The notes below the pieces were generated by a model. The model saw nothing but the letters and a program-made list of their open reading frames with translations, was not told the origin of the DNA and searched no databases. Source: Selaginella moellendorffii (Eukaryota; Plantae; Lycopodiophyta). From it: DNA of 64,000 nucleotides. The translations under genes and the position numbers were made by a program. Within the stretch, counting starts at the first letter, position 1, and each line of letters begins with the position of its first letter. Shown piece by piece: positions 14,291-24,883 of the stretch. The stretch lies in the NCBI RefSeq assembly GCF_000143415.4, contig NW_003314296.1, positions 1,153,858 to 1,217,857 on the forward strand. Reading direction: 5' to 3'.

Positions 14291-14370
14291 GTGACATGGC
14301 CTCATAGTGATGTGGCGTTATAATGATGTGGCATCATGATGACGTGGCATCTATGCGACGTGGCTAAATG
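14291..14370. promoter_or_regulatory. Five tandem 16-bp units with a TGACGTGGC-like core (C/G-box, ABRE-like) upstream of NBS1
   Basis: gtgacatggcctcata gtgatgtggcgttata atgatgtggcatcatg atgacgtggcatctat gcgacgtggctaaatg. Confidence 0.6.
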
Positions 14371-14539
14371 ACTGATTAAACAATCATAGAAAGGAAGGAT
14401 ATATATGTACACAAACCACCAAAAAAAATGGAACACAAAAATTGGTGCTTATAAGCTACTTACACTATGCGTTGTTTCTTTGCTGCTCGCTTGTTCTTCT
14501 TTTGTTCTTCTTTGTTCTTGGTCATCCAGTGAAATTTGC

Positions 14540-16061
14540 TCAGTGGAAGCAAAAGCAGCCGGATCGCGTCTCGGTCGGGGTCATGCCCGAGCCTTTTCTC
14601 GTATCGATGGCTTCCAGGAGCTGGACGACTTCGCTCATGTTGGGTCTTCTATCCGGATTCGCGTCCCAACACTTTCGCATGATATTCGCTAGAGGCGGCG
14701 GGCAGCAGCCAGGGATGTTTGGTCTCAAGTCCTGAAACGAAAAACCAAAAGAAACTTCTTAAAACTAAGAGCAAAGATCCGTAGCGATACCTGGTGCACA
14801 ACCGCATATGTCATGTCTGCAAAGCTGTAGTCCGCAAAAGGCATGTCACAGCAGTAAATCTCCCACAGGCAGATTCCAAAGCTGTAGACGTCGCACTTTC
14901 GGTTGTAAGGTTTGCCATCTAACACCTGGATGGACCCGGGAATCAGTACTTCAGAGACAGTGACACGAAGTGGAGAGAAAAAAAGTCTTGCGTACCTCAG
15001 GAGCCATGTATCCCACCGTGCCAGTTTCGCCGGTCATGTCTTTGGGATTCTGAGCCTCGACGCGGGCCACCCCAAAGTCGGCGATTTTAACTCGCCGCTT
15101 ATTGTCAAGTAGCATATTCTCCGATTTCACGTCCCTGTGAACTATCTTCTTAGAGTGAAGATAGTCAAGCCTGCAAGTGTAACTCAAAGCAAACGAACAA
15201 ATGAAAAGAGAAGAAGAAAAACAAAAAAAGCGGCGAAAAGAAGCAAAAAAGTACAACAAAGGACGAAGAAACTCACCCTCTGGAAAGGTCCAAGGCTAGC
15301 TGGATCACGACCTTGAGCCGGAGCTTCTTTCGACAATGCTGGATGAGGAACTGCTTCAAAGTTCCACCCGCGAGGTACTCGACGACAACGCAACAAATGT
15401 TCGAAGATATACGAACGAATCCACCGGTGGACGCGACTTGGAGATCCGGCGATCCGACGCAAGCTCCAACAAACTGCCACTTCCCAGTCAGTCATCTTCT
15501 ACTGGTAAACACCCACCAAAAAATAATTCCAAGAACAAAAGCGAAGAACATTCACCTTGGTCACATTGGGATGATCCAGCTTTTGCCAGACAGCCACTTC
15601 TTGTTGAAAAGAAGAACGTAAGGTGTTAACAAGAGCTTGCGACATTGCCTGTTCTTCCCCCCAGTCCAGTAGCTTCACTGGAATCAAAAACCAAAAGAAA
15701 CAAGGGAAGAACAAAACAAATTAGAGGACCGATGTTATCGGATGCAGTGGAACTAAATGCGCGAGAAAGGAAAGAAATCTTTTTTACCCGCGACATCCTG
15801 GCCATTGTAGACGCCACGGTGCACAACTCCATAAGTTCCATGAGCGATGATGTCGTTGAGCTGGAGCTTGGCAATATCGATCTCCCAATCCTCCCTGACT
15901 CTGGGCCTGGATTGATTCGACTGCTCGCCGGGCTTTCCAGCAGCCGGGACCTTTATGTGCTTCTCCAGAGTAGCATCCAGGTCGAGGTCGGCGAGATTGA
16001 GCAGATCCGCGCGGACAAAACCCTTGCTCTGATCGGCTCCATGCGCCTTCGATTCCTCCAT
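14540..16061 (-). CDS. Raf-like MAPKKK subgroup C7 (ATMRK1/CBC-like) kinase
   Basis: FVRAD N-terminal motif, [49 protein letters not shown]-terminal GCFCF. Confidence 0.92.
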
Positions 16062-16405
16062 CCGAAATCCTGAAAATCCGACCTACTGGCAATTCACGTG
16101 GGAAGATCTGTGCCGGATCATCGACCCTCGCAGGAAGAACGCCAAAACCCTAAGGCACTGTGCAAGAAAATATTTGGAAGGGAAATAGTAGGAGTCAATG
16201 AATTAAAGAGCTCACACAAACTCTAGCCCTAGTGACGTGGCGTCCTAGTGATAAACGTGGCAGACTTTAGACCCTTTTTGCTTTATTGACAGATTTGTAC
16301 AGTTAATCGTGCTTAAGAAAATTGGCACGCTCGCAAAATTGTCTTTGGCAGTAAAAAAAAATTTCGAAGAGAGAATTGGCTCACCTCTTCCACTGTGAGC
16401 GTCGC

Positions 16406-18112
16406 TCAGTGTCTTTCATCACTCCCAGTGTGATGGATGAAGAGCTTCATCACTTCGTAGAACGAAACTACAATGCTCACCGAGGGACCGGCTCGGGCAA
16501 CGCGAGGGCCGACGCCGGAGAAGAGTCCCCTCAGCCCTTCATCCCTGGAGTTGGAGCTTGCATCAATCTCTCGAACAACGACGAATTGGAATGCGAAAAA
16601 CTCACCTCCAGATCGTCATCAGGACTTTGGCAGTGTTAGAATCCATTCGCTTGGAGGGGTCCTTCACAGTTGCAAGAGAAGAAGGTAAGATACCAACGAG
16701 CGAGGAAGAACCAACGTTTACCAGTATTTGCCGCCTCGTCTTGACAACGTCTAAAGGACACGTCGCTGCTGCAGCAATGCTCCCGGCCAGAAATCCACCA
16801 CAAACGTTCGCGGTAAGAACGCTTAGTGCGCTATCCGAGCCAAGTCTTTGACGGACGCTCTTCCTAATCTGCGAAAGCTTGCGTCAAACAAGAAAGAAAA
16901 AAAAAAGAAAGAAAAGAGCTTCTTACAGGCTCTAAAATGCTCCAGCAAATCGCTGAGAAGGGCACGTCTCGAGCTAGTTGTGCTCCAACGCCCGTCCACA
17001 AGCCTCTGACCCTTTGGACTAAAGAACCGAGGTGAGAATGCAAGGAAAACCAATGGTATTGTAAAAGCACTTACGTGAGCCACCCGGTCGTTCTGAAGCT
17101 CCAGACATTGTAGCCCACATCCCCGGAGGACTCACACCTTGGCGAACCTCCTTATGAGCCTAAACCATGTAAAAACTTTCAGCTCTGCTTGTAATCGGCA
17201 CAACGAAAACAAAACTCGACATGAAAAGAAAGAGCAAACCTGCATTCGGGTCCGAGCTAATTCAATGGGACCACAGACAATGCATGCCAGGGACCTCGCC
17301 ACAGTACCAGCTATAAGCGGCGTGTATGGCTCAATGTGAAGAGCGTTTCTCTTGGAAACATCCTCCAGCCACTCGTGAAAGACATCATACACCGGCAAGT
17401 AGATCCCAACCTGTTCACGAGAAATGAACTTAGAGACCATCTTAAACCGGCAGAAGAGCGAACACTCACGGTAGGAACCGCAATGGCGAGTGCTGCGTCC
17501 GTGCCACGCCAGAGACGTAAGAATCCTTCCTGTTTCATTCGATTAGTCAATGCAACGTAAACAAGAACTCTCGAAACCGTGCCTGTCGAACGACTTTGTA
17601 GAAAACATCCCAAGTTCCCTTGTAGCGGAAACAATCCGGGGGACACTGTGGAACTTCGGCAGGACCACCCCGTGGGCAAACGGGAGGACACTTCCCATCA
17701 AGCACCTAGAAAAAAGCAGCCATAAGCTAGAAAAAAAAAAGAAAGAAAAAAATCGATTGCTTACCTGGTGCTGGAGAGAGTCTGTGATGTGATTTTGATA
17801 CTGGACTCCTGCTGCTTGTGCCTGGAGCCTAGTCTACAAGGCAAAATCACAAGCTTAGCCATGGAAAACTTAAGAAAAGAAAAAGAGTACCTTCGCTACA
17901 TCCAAAGGATTCACAATGACAGCTGACAGGAAAGCTGCGCCGGCCGCGGAGATCGTTTTCTCTTTGAAATTCACTTTGGGAGCGCTAGATTTCCCATCCT
18001 CTTCTGCTTCAATGCCACGATTTCCCGATGAGGATTCATGCTTCCCGGCCGTGGACGAGTTCACAGTGACCGCAGGAAACCAGATATTGCTCGCGGAATG
18101 CCGGGACACCAT
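16406..18112 (-). CDS. MTM1: Mitochondrial carrier, MTM1/SLC25A39-like
   Basis: Carrier repeats NPLDVAK, GPIELARTRMQ, CPLDVVKTRRQ; RDVPFSAICW; RAGPSVSIVVSFYEV. Confidence 0.85.
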
Positions 18113-18472
18113 CAGAAGTTCATCGGCTTCCTGGAAAACGAGCAAGCGACGTGAGAAATTCCGCGCAAGAAGATTTCTCACAAGAACATCGATCAGAAGC
18201 TAGGGAATGGATCAAGATTGCAGAACAAAAGAGGCGGCTACCTCTGGCGCCCGAAGAACCCTATTGGAAGAAGAAAATTTTAGGGCGTAGACGAAACTGG
18301 CCTTGAGGGTTTTGGCAACAGGGACAAATCGCCGCCACTGGATCGGAAACGTGGACGACGGTGAGAGAGCCACGTCTCCAATTCGTTGGGTTCTAGAGAA
18401 TATCCTTGTAAAAGCTAATGGACGTGTCAGCCAAAGGAACGAAATATTTACAGCATCTCTTTGGTGGATTGT

Positions 18473-19950
18473 TTAGTCTCTTGTGAGAGCCAATGGCCTG
18501 TGCTCTATAAAGCCAAGAGCCATGCCTTTGGCTATGGCCGCCCGAACGAAAGAGATGTTGGAAGTGAGCGTTGGAGCTTGAGAGCTATCACCCGTTCCAA
18601 AAACTATCTTGTGTTTTCCATGGATCCTCCCAGTTTGTGGGAGCGCCATCACCCTCTCGGAGGGATTGTCTGGAACGATAAAAGGCCTGGAGTTGCAAAG
18701 AAAAACGCTCGCATTTCTCAAGCGAAAGAGAAAAAACTTACTTCAAGCAATCGTGAAGAGCTGCCGCTCTTCTCTGCTCGTCCGGGCCACCGATCACTGA
18801 GACGATTGAATCGAACTCCTTCCAGGCAAACTGGGAGACCATCGGTTGCCTCTCTTTGAAAATCATCGCAACTTCGCGCAAAAAGGGCCTTTCCAGCTCA
18901 AGCAGTGCCTGGAAGATCAAAGTAACCTCGATCATCGTCAAGAGCAAGAGAAAAGAAAAAAGAACTTTTCATACCTGCGTCTTAAAGAAGTGACCAAAAC
19001 TCGAGTACTTCTTTTGCAGCTGCTTGACAGAGCACCACGCCAGAGACGATGCGACACCATTGCTGATCCCACAGACAAGCCCGATCAAAGCCGTGGTATC
19101 GAGATTCACGAGCTCGACTCTCTCACTCCGGCCACCCCAATCCCTACTCACGTCCTTCAAAATCCTGTAGAAGCCACTCTCCTCCAAGCCGTGCTCCACG
19201 ATCCCGACTATAGACTCTGTGTATTCGTTTGCGTTGATAACCTCTCCCTCGAAGACGCTCGCCGGAGCTACCTTGAGCCGATACATGACCGCTGCCTTGA
19301 CTGGAAGAGAGATCCAGCTACTGCTCAGCGATTCCTCTTCCTGATCCTCGTCGACCAAGAGCCACTCCCCAGCCTCAACCTCGCTAAACTTGTGAAGATC
19401 GTCCACTTCGATCTGGTACTCGCTAAACTCCGACTTGAAGCTCTCGGCCACGCCCCTCTCGACGCCCCTGGCGAAGTAGAAGATGAGGAAGTCGGGTCGA
19501 GTGACTGGATTCGCCACCGCTGCCTGGACGAGGATTTCTGCCCTGGATCGGAGCTCCGGCCATGAAACGTGCTTGGGATTTCGATCCGACACCACCATCC
19601 ATGCCGGTTTCCCATCGTACATCCCCACCAGATCGACGTGAGCTCGAGACGATGGCGATCCTAGAAAGCTCTTGTTGACGCCGCAGATCCCACTCACGTA
19701 GGGGTGCTGGAGAAGTTGGATCAATGCCTCGAAATGCCCGAAATTCGAGCTGCCAAGACACCCAGCGCTCTCAAATCTCGGCTATAAATCAGCAACATTA
19801 CCTGTCGGGAGGGCCGGATCTCTCCTCGAGCGCTCCCAGCTTCGACAAACTCCTGCGGCAATCCGCCATGATCTTCCCCACCGACAGCGCCTCGATAGCC
19901 GTCCTTGCGGCGCCGACGCGGGCGCGCAGCAGCTCATCGCCGAGATCCAT
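18473..19950 (-). CDS. UPF0415/DUF1308 (C7orf25-like) protein
   Basis: VNLDTTALIGLVCGISNG, VSVIGGPDEQRRA, FGTGD..TLTSN..FVRAA, IEHRP.ALT. Confidence 0.8.
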
Positions 19951-20083
19951 CGAGAGAAAACACGACACACTTACTCCATCGCAAGAACCCTAAATGCCAG
20001 GGCGAGCCAACCCTAAAAACTAAATAGCATAGCTTATATTGATTAGAGAACAGTATATATAGTAGTAGTTACATAGTAGGTAT

Positions 20084-21076
20084 TTAAAAAGTGGGGCTCT
20101 TCGCGGGCTTGGGATTCTTCCTCCTCTTGCCACTCCCTTTCTCGCACTGGCTCGTCACATCGTCCTCGTTGACCACGGCATTTAGAACCTCTGACTCGGG
20201 CGACGACCGGTCAGCGCTGGTCGCCACCTCGCTGACCGAGCAGCACACCGCCGGCTTGACCGCCGGTTCGACCTCTATGCTGACCTCGCTGACCCCTGCG
20301 ATGACCTCCTCCACTGGGTTGACCAGGCTGACCACCACCGCCATCTTCTTGTTTCGCTTCTTCTTTGCCCTAGCCATCTTGGCGGCGGCGGCGCCGGGGC
20401 CCTTGGAGTGGCCGACGTAGTGGAGATGCTGGTTGACCGTGAGCCGCCCCGTTGACTCGCGGTTGTAGGCGCACGAGGAGCGGCCGTCGTTGACCATGGT
20501 CAGCTCCTGGTCCCGGGGGCAGCGCGGCTCCACGATCGCCCGCAGTTTGCACTGCAGCGAGCAGAAGCGCTTGCTCGGATCCATGAGCGACCGCTGGCAC
20601 ACGCTGCAGTGGCTCACCGCGATCACCATCTTGGGCTGGTGCGTGCGCGCCTGGATGAACACAATGTGGCTGTGGTTGATGTAGAAGAACTGGATGTCGA
20701 CCAGGTTGACAAAGGGCTGGATGTCCTCGACCTTGATCGAGTTCTCGTGCGACGCCTTTCGGACTTGCAGGCACGAGTGACCCCGGTGGGCTTGCGACTC
20801 CGACTCCGCCTTGCAGACCCCCACCTTGCACTGGACGCAGAAGTACTTCCTCGCGGAATGGCGCGGGCACTGGCAGCTCACAAAGTACTCAGAATGGATG
20901 AATGCGGTGAGCCATGGAGGACCTCGCCTGTCCACATTTGACCCAGCGGCGCTGACCCGGGCCGCATTGTCAACGGGCACGGTCAAAGCCAGCCATGGAG
21001 CGCTACATTTCTCATCCTCAACGCCGCTACCACCATCGAAGCCGCCACCACCACCGCCATTGCTAAAGAAACCCAT
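20084..21076 (-). CDS. PLATZ zinc-dependent transcription factor (intronless)
   Basis: PPWL..F..C..H..FC..C..C, H..H..LQVRK, IQ.F.IN...VF, CSVCQRSL..FCSLQCK, C-terminal RRK..P.KSP. Confidence 0.9.
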   Translation of the reverse strand: MGFFSNGGGGGGFDGGSGVEDEKCSAPWLALTVPVDNAARVSAAGSNVDRRGPPWLTAFIHSEYFVSCQCPRHSARKYFCVQCKVGVCKAESESQAHRGHSCLQVRKASHENSIKVEDIQPFVNLVDIQFFYINHSHIVFIQARTHQPKMVIAVSHCSVCQRSLMDPSKRFCSLQCKLRAIVEPRCPRDQELTMVNDGRSSCAYNRESTGRLTVNQHLHYVGHSKGPGAAAAKMARAKKKRNKKMAVVVSLVNPVEEVIAGVSEVSIEVEPAVKPAVCCSVSEVATSADRSSPESEVLNAVVNEDDVTSQCEKGSGKRRKNPKPAKSPTF

Positions 21077-21669
21077 GGTAGAAGGCAAGGAATTGGGGAA
21101 GAAGAATGGAGGTGAAAAAGCTAGCCCTCGACGAGAGAGTTTTACCTAGGGCGAAAATAACAAGTTAATCCGGTCCGTGCTTGTCGCGGTGCTGCCGCGC
21201 GGCCTTCACCATCACACCAAGCCTTTTGGTGCTATATTTGGCACTAAATTAGCTCCAAATAAGACTGATTATTTTAAGGCCGGGAGAATCCCGAATGAGG
21301 TGGCTTGCGATCCAAGTCTATATGTGTGCGTGGCCAAATCCGACGGATACGATTCCCAGAATCTGACACGTGGCACGCCCCCGCGCGTTGACTGTATGGA
21401 CGGCGAGGATGGGCTCCAGCTCACGGGGCATTTTAGGGTTCTACCCTTTTTCTCCCCTGGCGCAGGGATTTTTTTGTCCGGTCGCGCTTCCGACACAGTG
21501 GCGCGCTGGCGGCCCGTGATTCAATGCAGGAGTCGATTGGGATTGCTTTGTCGCTTCTCGATCCGGCAGTGGCGTCGCGGGAGTTGATCCAGGTGTGATA
21601 TTTTGCTCTCGAAGGCGCTGTAGCAGCGGAGGGGTTTTGGATCATGTTTCTTCGCGGCTGAGAGGCGGT

Positions 21670-23724
21670 ATGACGAAGGAGAGGGGGCATGTTGTTCACA
21701 GTGGAGGATGCCGGAGCCTGCAATTTGTTCCTGGATTGTCGTCGCCCTCGCCAGCGGTGTATCGAGTCCCGAGAACTCCTCTCGCGAATGGACCGTTTAG
21801 AGGATTGATCATCTGTGTCACTGGCCTGTCCAAAGGTATGCTTTTCTAGCTAGGATCTGCTCCTTCGCTGATAAAATGTGGTGATTTTTTCCTCACAGAA
21901 GTTCGAGCTCAAGTCCAAGATGCCACCGAGAGAATGGGTGGAGTGTACAGTCCGGATCTACATCCTCAGTGTACACACCTGGTCGTCCAGATATCCACCA
22001 TTTTCTTTGGTTTCTCGCTTTGGTTTTTCTAGCTCTTTCCTTGACTCCTCGCACAGCTTTGTTGGACGAAAGCTTGAGCATGCTTTGAAGCACGGGGTAA
22101 AACGTGGATTGTTCGTCGTGACTTTGGCATGGTTTATCAACTCAGCTAAGCTAAATGGTATGAAGGTATTTTTTTCTTCCGGACGTGTCAGACAGTGTCC
22201 TTGTTTTTGCAGAACGTCTGGACGAATCTTTGTACGCTGTGTCAAAGAATTCCTTTTTCAACGCCGTGATTTCTCCGGAACAGAGGCTTTTCGATGGCGA
22301 ACACGCTTGCTTGCCCAGCAGATTCGAAGAAAGCAAATCCGGAGACATCTCAGTGAAGTCCCTGGCGGAGTCTCCAAATGCCGAGAGCAAGCGTGGTCTT
22401 CTCTTGAGAGGCTTCACGCTTTACCTGGATCCGTGTCTTTCTGAGGACGTGCAAGCGAAGGTAACAATCACAAGGAATCAATTGTCAGTCTCTCAGATGT
22501 GACTGTCTTGGAACAGGTGGTCGCTGGAGCAAGCAAAGAAGGTGCGACTTTTGCTGACAACTGGTACAGTGGTTCCGATGTTACACATGTTGTCTGTGAA
22601 AGGGACTCTTTTCTAACTTATACGGGGTCAACATGTAATCTAGTCACTGTGGGTACAGCTTCGGTCCATTGTTCTTCCGAGCTCTCTAATGTCTTTTTCT
22701 TTTGTCAGCCATTATGGTTGTTGAAGAGTCTCAAAGAGCATGCGCTGCAGCGCATGGTGCAACTATCAACAGATCTAGCGCGGCACTTGGCTTTTGTGGC
22801 TGATCTTTCGCAAAGTAAAAGTTCGTTGCAGGTTTGTTTTGCTGTCATCTTCTCTCCAAGTTTGAGTTTTTTTTTACTGAATTTCAGTGGTGTCTGGCAG
22901 AATGAAGACGCGGTTAAGTCTCTTCAAACAGAACGTGAGGAGCTCGTTAAGAACGCGAAAGAAGGCGTAAGGAGGCGCAGAGGACAACGCAAACAAGTAG
23001 GGAAGCTTTCTAGATGGATATCTCTAATGTGTTGTGTTACGTTTTCAGCCATGTCGGACATTGCCACGCCCAATCACTGGAGCCACACTTTTAGATGGCC
23101 TGTGCTGGTCTGTTACGGATTGTCCTTCAGCAGCAAAGGTTTACGCCGAAGTTTCTCCCAGTGACGAGTTCTTCGATGCTCCTGATAATGGGAACACGTC
23201 GGAATCAGAGAGTGATTTGTTTGCACGTCCGCTCACTGAAAGGTAAGCCAATGCATCCTACGTTTTAGCCCGACTTTCTTACACTGGCTTGCTTTGCAGT
23301 GAAAGGCAGGAGATAATTTATAATGCAGTCTTTTTGACTGTCATGTTTCCAGTGGACCGCTTTGCCGAGATGGGACCGTCGTCGAGATCATTTTTCTGTG
23401 AGAACGGCTTCACCAGGCAACAAATAATGGAAAACATCTATCAGTTTTACCAGGTCTGGGCATTTTGTTTTAAGACTTTTCTACTTCCTCACATTCTGGA
23501 TTCAATCGATGCAGGAGCCTTTGTCGGAACAGGAGTTGAACGTAGCAATCAACACAGATTCGAAGCACGCTGACAAGCTTCGAGCCTTGTACGCGGCCAG
23601 AGGGAGCAGTAACGACGTCATGAAGCGTCACGAGTTTATTGGAGGCAGGAGATGCTTTGATGGCCTCAAGCGGCTAAGCCGGGAAAACACCGGACAGATT
23701 TACGAGCTACTGCTGGCATCTTGA
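21670..23724 (+). CDS. Plant BRCT-domain DNA-repair-related protein (contains a U12 AT-AC intron at 21991-22054)
   Basis: FRGLIICVTGLSKEVR..MGGVYSPDLHPQCTHLVVQ..WF; second BRCT VTHVVCE..PLWL; C-terminal LTVMFPVDRF. Confidence 0.85.
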
Positions 23725-23843
23725 TCAAAAACACAAATAACACAAACCTGTATATATCAGAAAAGGTTTTGCTGGTAAGTGGAGATAATTTTTTTCTTTG
23801 CTACTATGGGGACCAGCAGCATCACCTGGCTTGGGAATCAAGA

Positions 23844-24623
23844 ATGGTACCTTCAAGTTTGTTTTCCTATTTGATCACTAAGATGAATCTCTTTTCTCAG
23901 GCCCGAATGGAGAAGAGACACTGGAAGAGGCTGGCGGCTGCCGGGCTCTCGCTGCTGCTACTCAGAGTTGCCTACGACGCCATCCTCTTCTTTTCGCCGC
24001 TGATAATCTCCACGATGCTGTGCGTGCTGTCGTTCAGACGACTGGGCTTGCTGCTCGAGGAGTGTAGGCCGCAGCTAGTGGAAAATCCCGAGGAGTCGCA
24101 GGGCAGTGGCAGTGGCCGAGACACTGGTCGACTGGAAAAATCTGGGGGACTGGAAAAATCTTACAGGCACTTCCAGAAACTTGCTGTTCGTCCGGTGATA
24201 GTCGAGGAGGTGGTAGTGAAAGAACGCCAGGAGGGACGAGATTCCGGTGAAGACGAGGAGACGATGGTCGTGCAGGCAGGAAGAGATTCCAGTGGAGACG
24301 AGGTCGAGCAGGCAGTCCAGAGCTCCAGTGACGAAGAGGATGATGTCACTTCCGCGATGGATGATAGTGATTTTGGGAGGAACAGCAGCAGCAGCTCCGA
24401 GATTGATCGTTACATGAGCTTGTTCGTGGAGGAGAGCGATGATCCGGAGGTGGTGGAGGAGAGAGCCAGTTGTTCCGATGGTGTTGATGGACAAGAGAGC
24501 ATCCCGAGAGCGGTTTTTCTTCCAGCTCGAAGAAAGCATTTTCTGAGTGACGTGCTTTTCTTGCCGGCCTTGTTTCGAGTCACTCGCAGGTTGCTTATGC
24601 GTGCCTTCTTTGCAACCTTTTAA
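23844..24623 (+). CDS. Uncharacterised protein with N-terminal hydrophobic segments and an acidic low-complexity region
   Basis: Long ORF. Start is ATG 23844 spliced via a GT-AG intron 23847-23900, or ATG 23907. No recognised domain. Confidence 0.5.
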   Translation: MVPSSLFSYLITKMNLFSQARMEKRHWKRLAAAGLSLLLLRVAYDAILFFSPLIISTMLCVLSFRRLGLLLEECRPQLVENPEESQGSGSGRDTGRLEKSGGLEKSYRHFQKLAVRPVIVEEVVVKERQEGRDSGEDEETMVVQAGRDSSGDEVEQAVQSSSDEEDDVTSAMDDSDFGRNSSSSSEIDRYMSLFVEESDDPEVVEERASCSDGVDGQESIPRAVFLPARRKHFLSDVLFLPALFRVTRRLLMRAFFATF

Positions 24624-24674
24624 GAACTCCATTTGATAAAATGGACGAATATTCATTCTGGAGCTGAAAGTATT

Positions 24675-24744
24675 TGGCCCATACAGGTTTCGAACCTGCG
24701 ACCTTGGCGTTATTAGCACCACTGACCAGCTGAGCTAATAGGCC
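24675..24744 (-). tRNA. tRNA-Ile(AAT)-like, probable pseudogene (4-nt D-stem deletion)
   Basis: GGCCTATTAGCTCAGCTGGTCAG[ ]TGGTGCTAATAACGCCAAGGTCGCAGGTTCGAAACCTGTATGGGCCA. Acceptor, anticodon and T arms intact; 70 nt. Confidence 0.85.
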
Positions 24745-24883
24745 TTACATTTTTAATTAGTTATTATTTTACAGTTATAAAACAAAATTGTTAATAGTAT
24801 TCAGTATCACAATAAAAGAATTTTGACACTATAATTCCACAAGAAATATAAATTTCTTCGCAAGACAAGTTTAAACTCAAGTT

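Noticed and set aside
14291-14370. CRISPR-like periodic repeats
   Set aside because: Eukaryotic context, 16-bp contiguous units with no spacers, no cas genes.
20370-20941. Long alternative-frame ORFs over PLATZ
   Set aside because: Shadow ORFs expected from high GC3.
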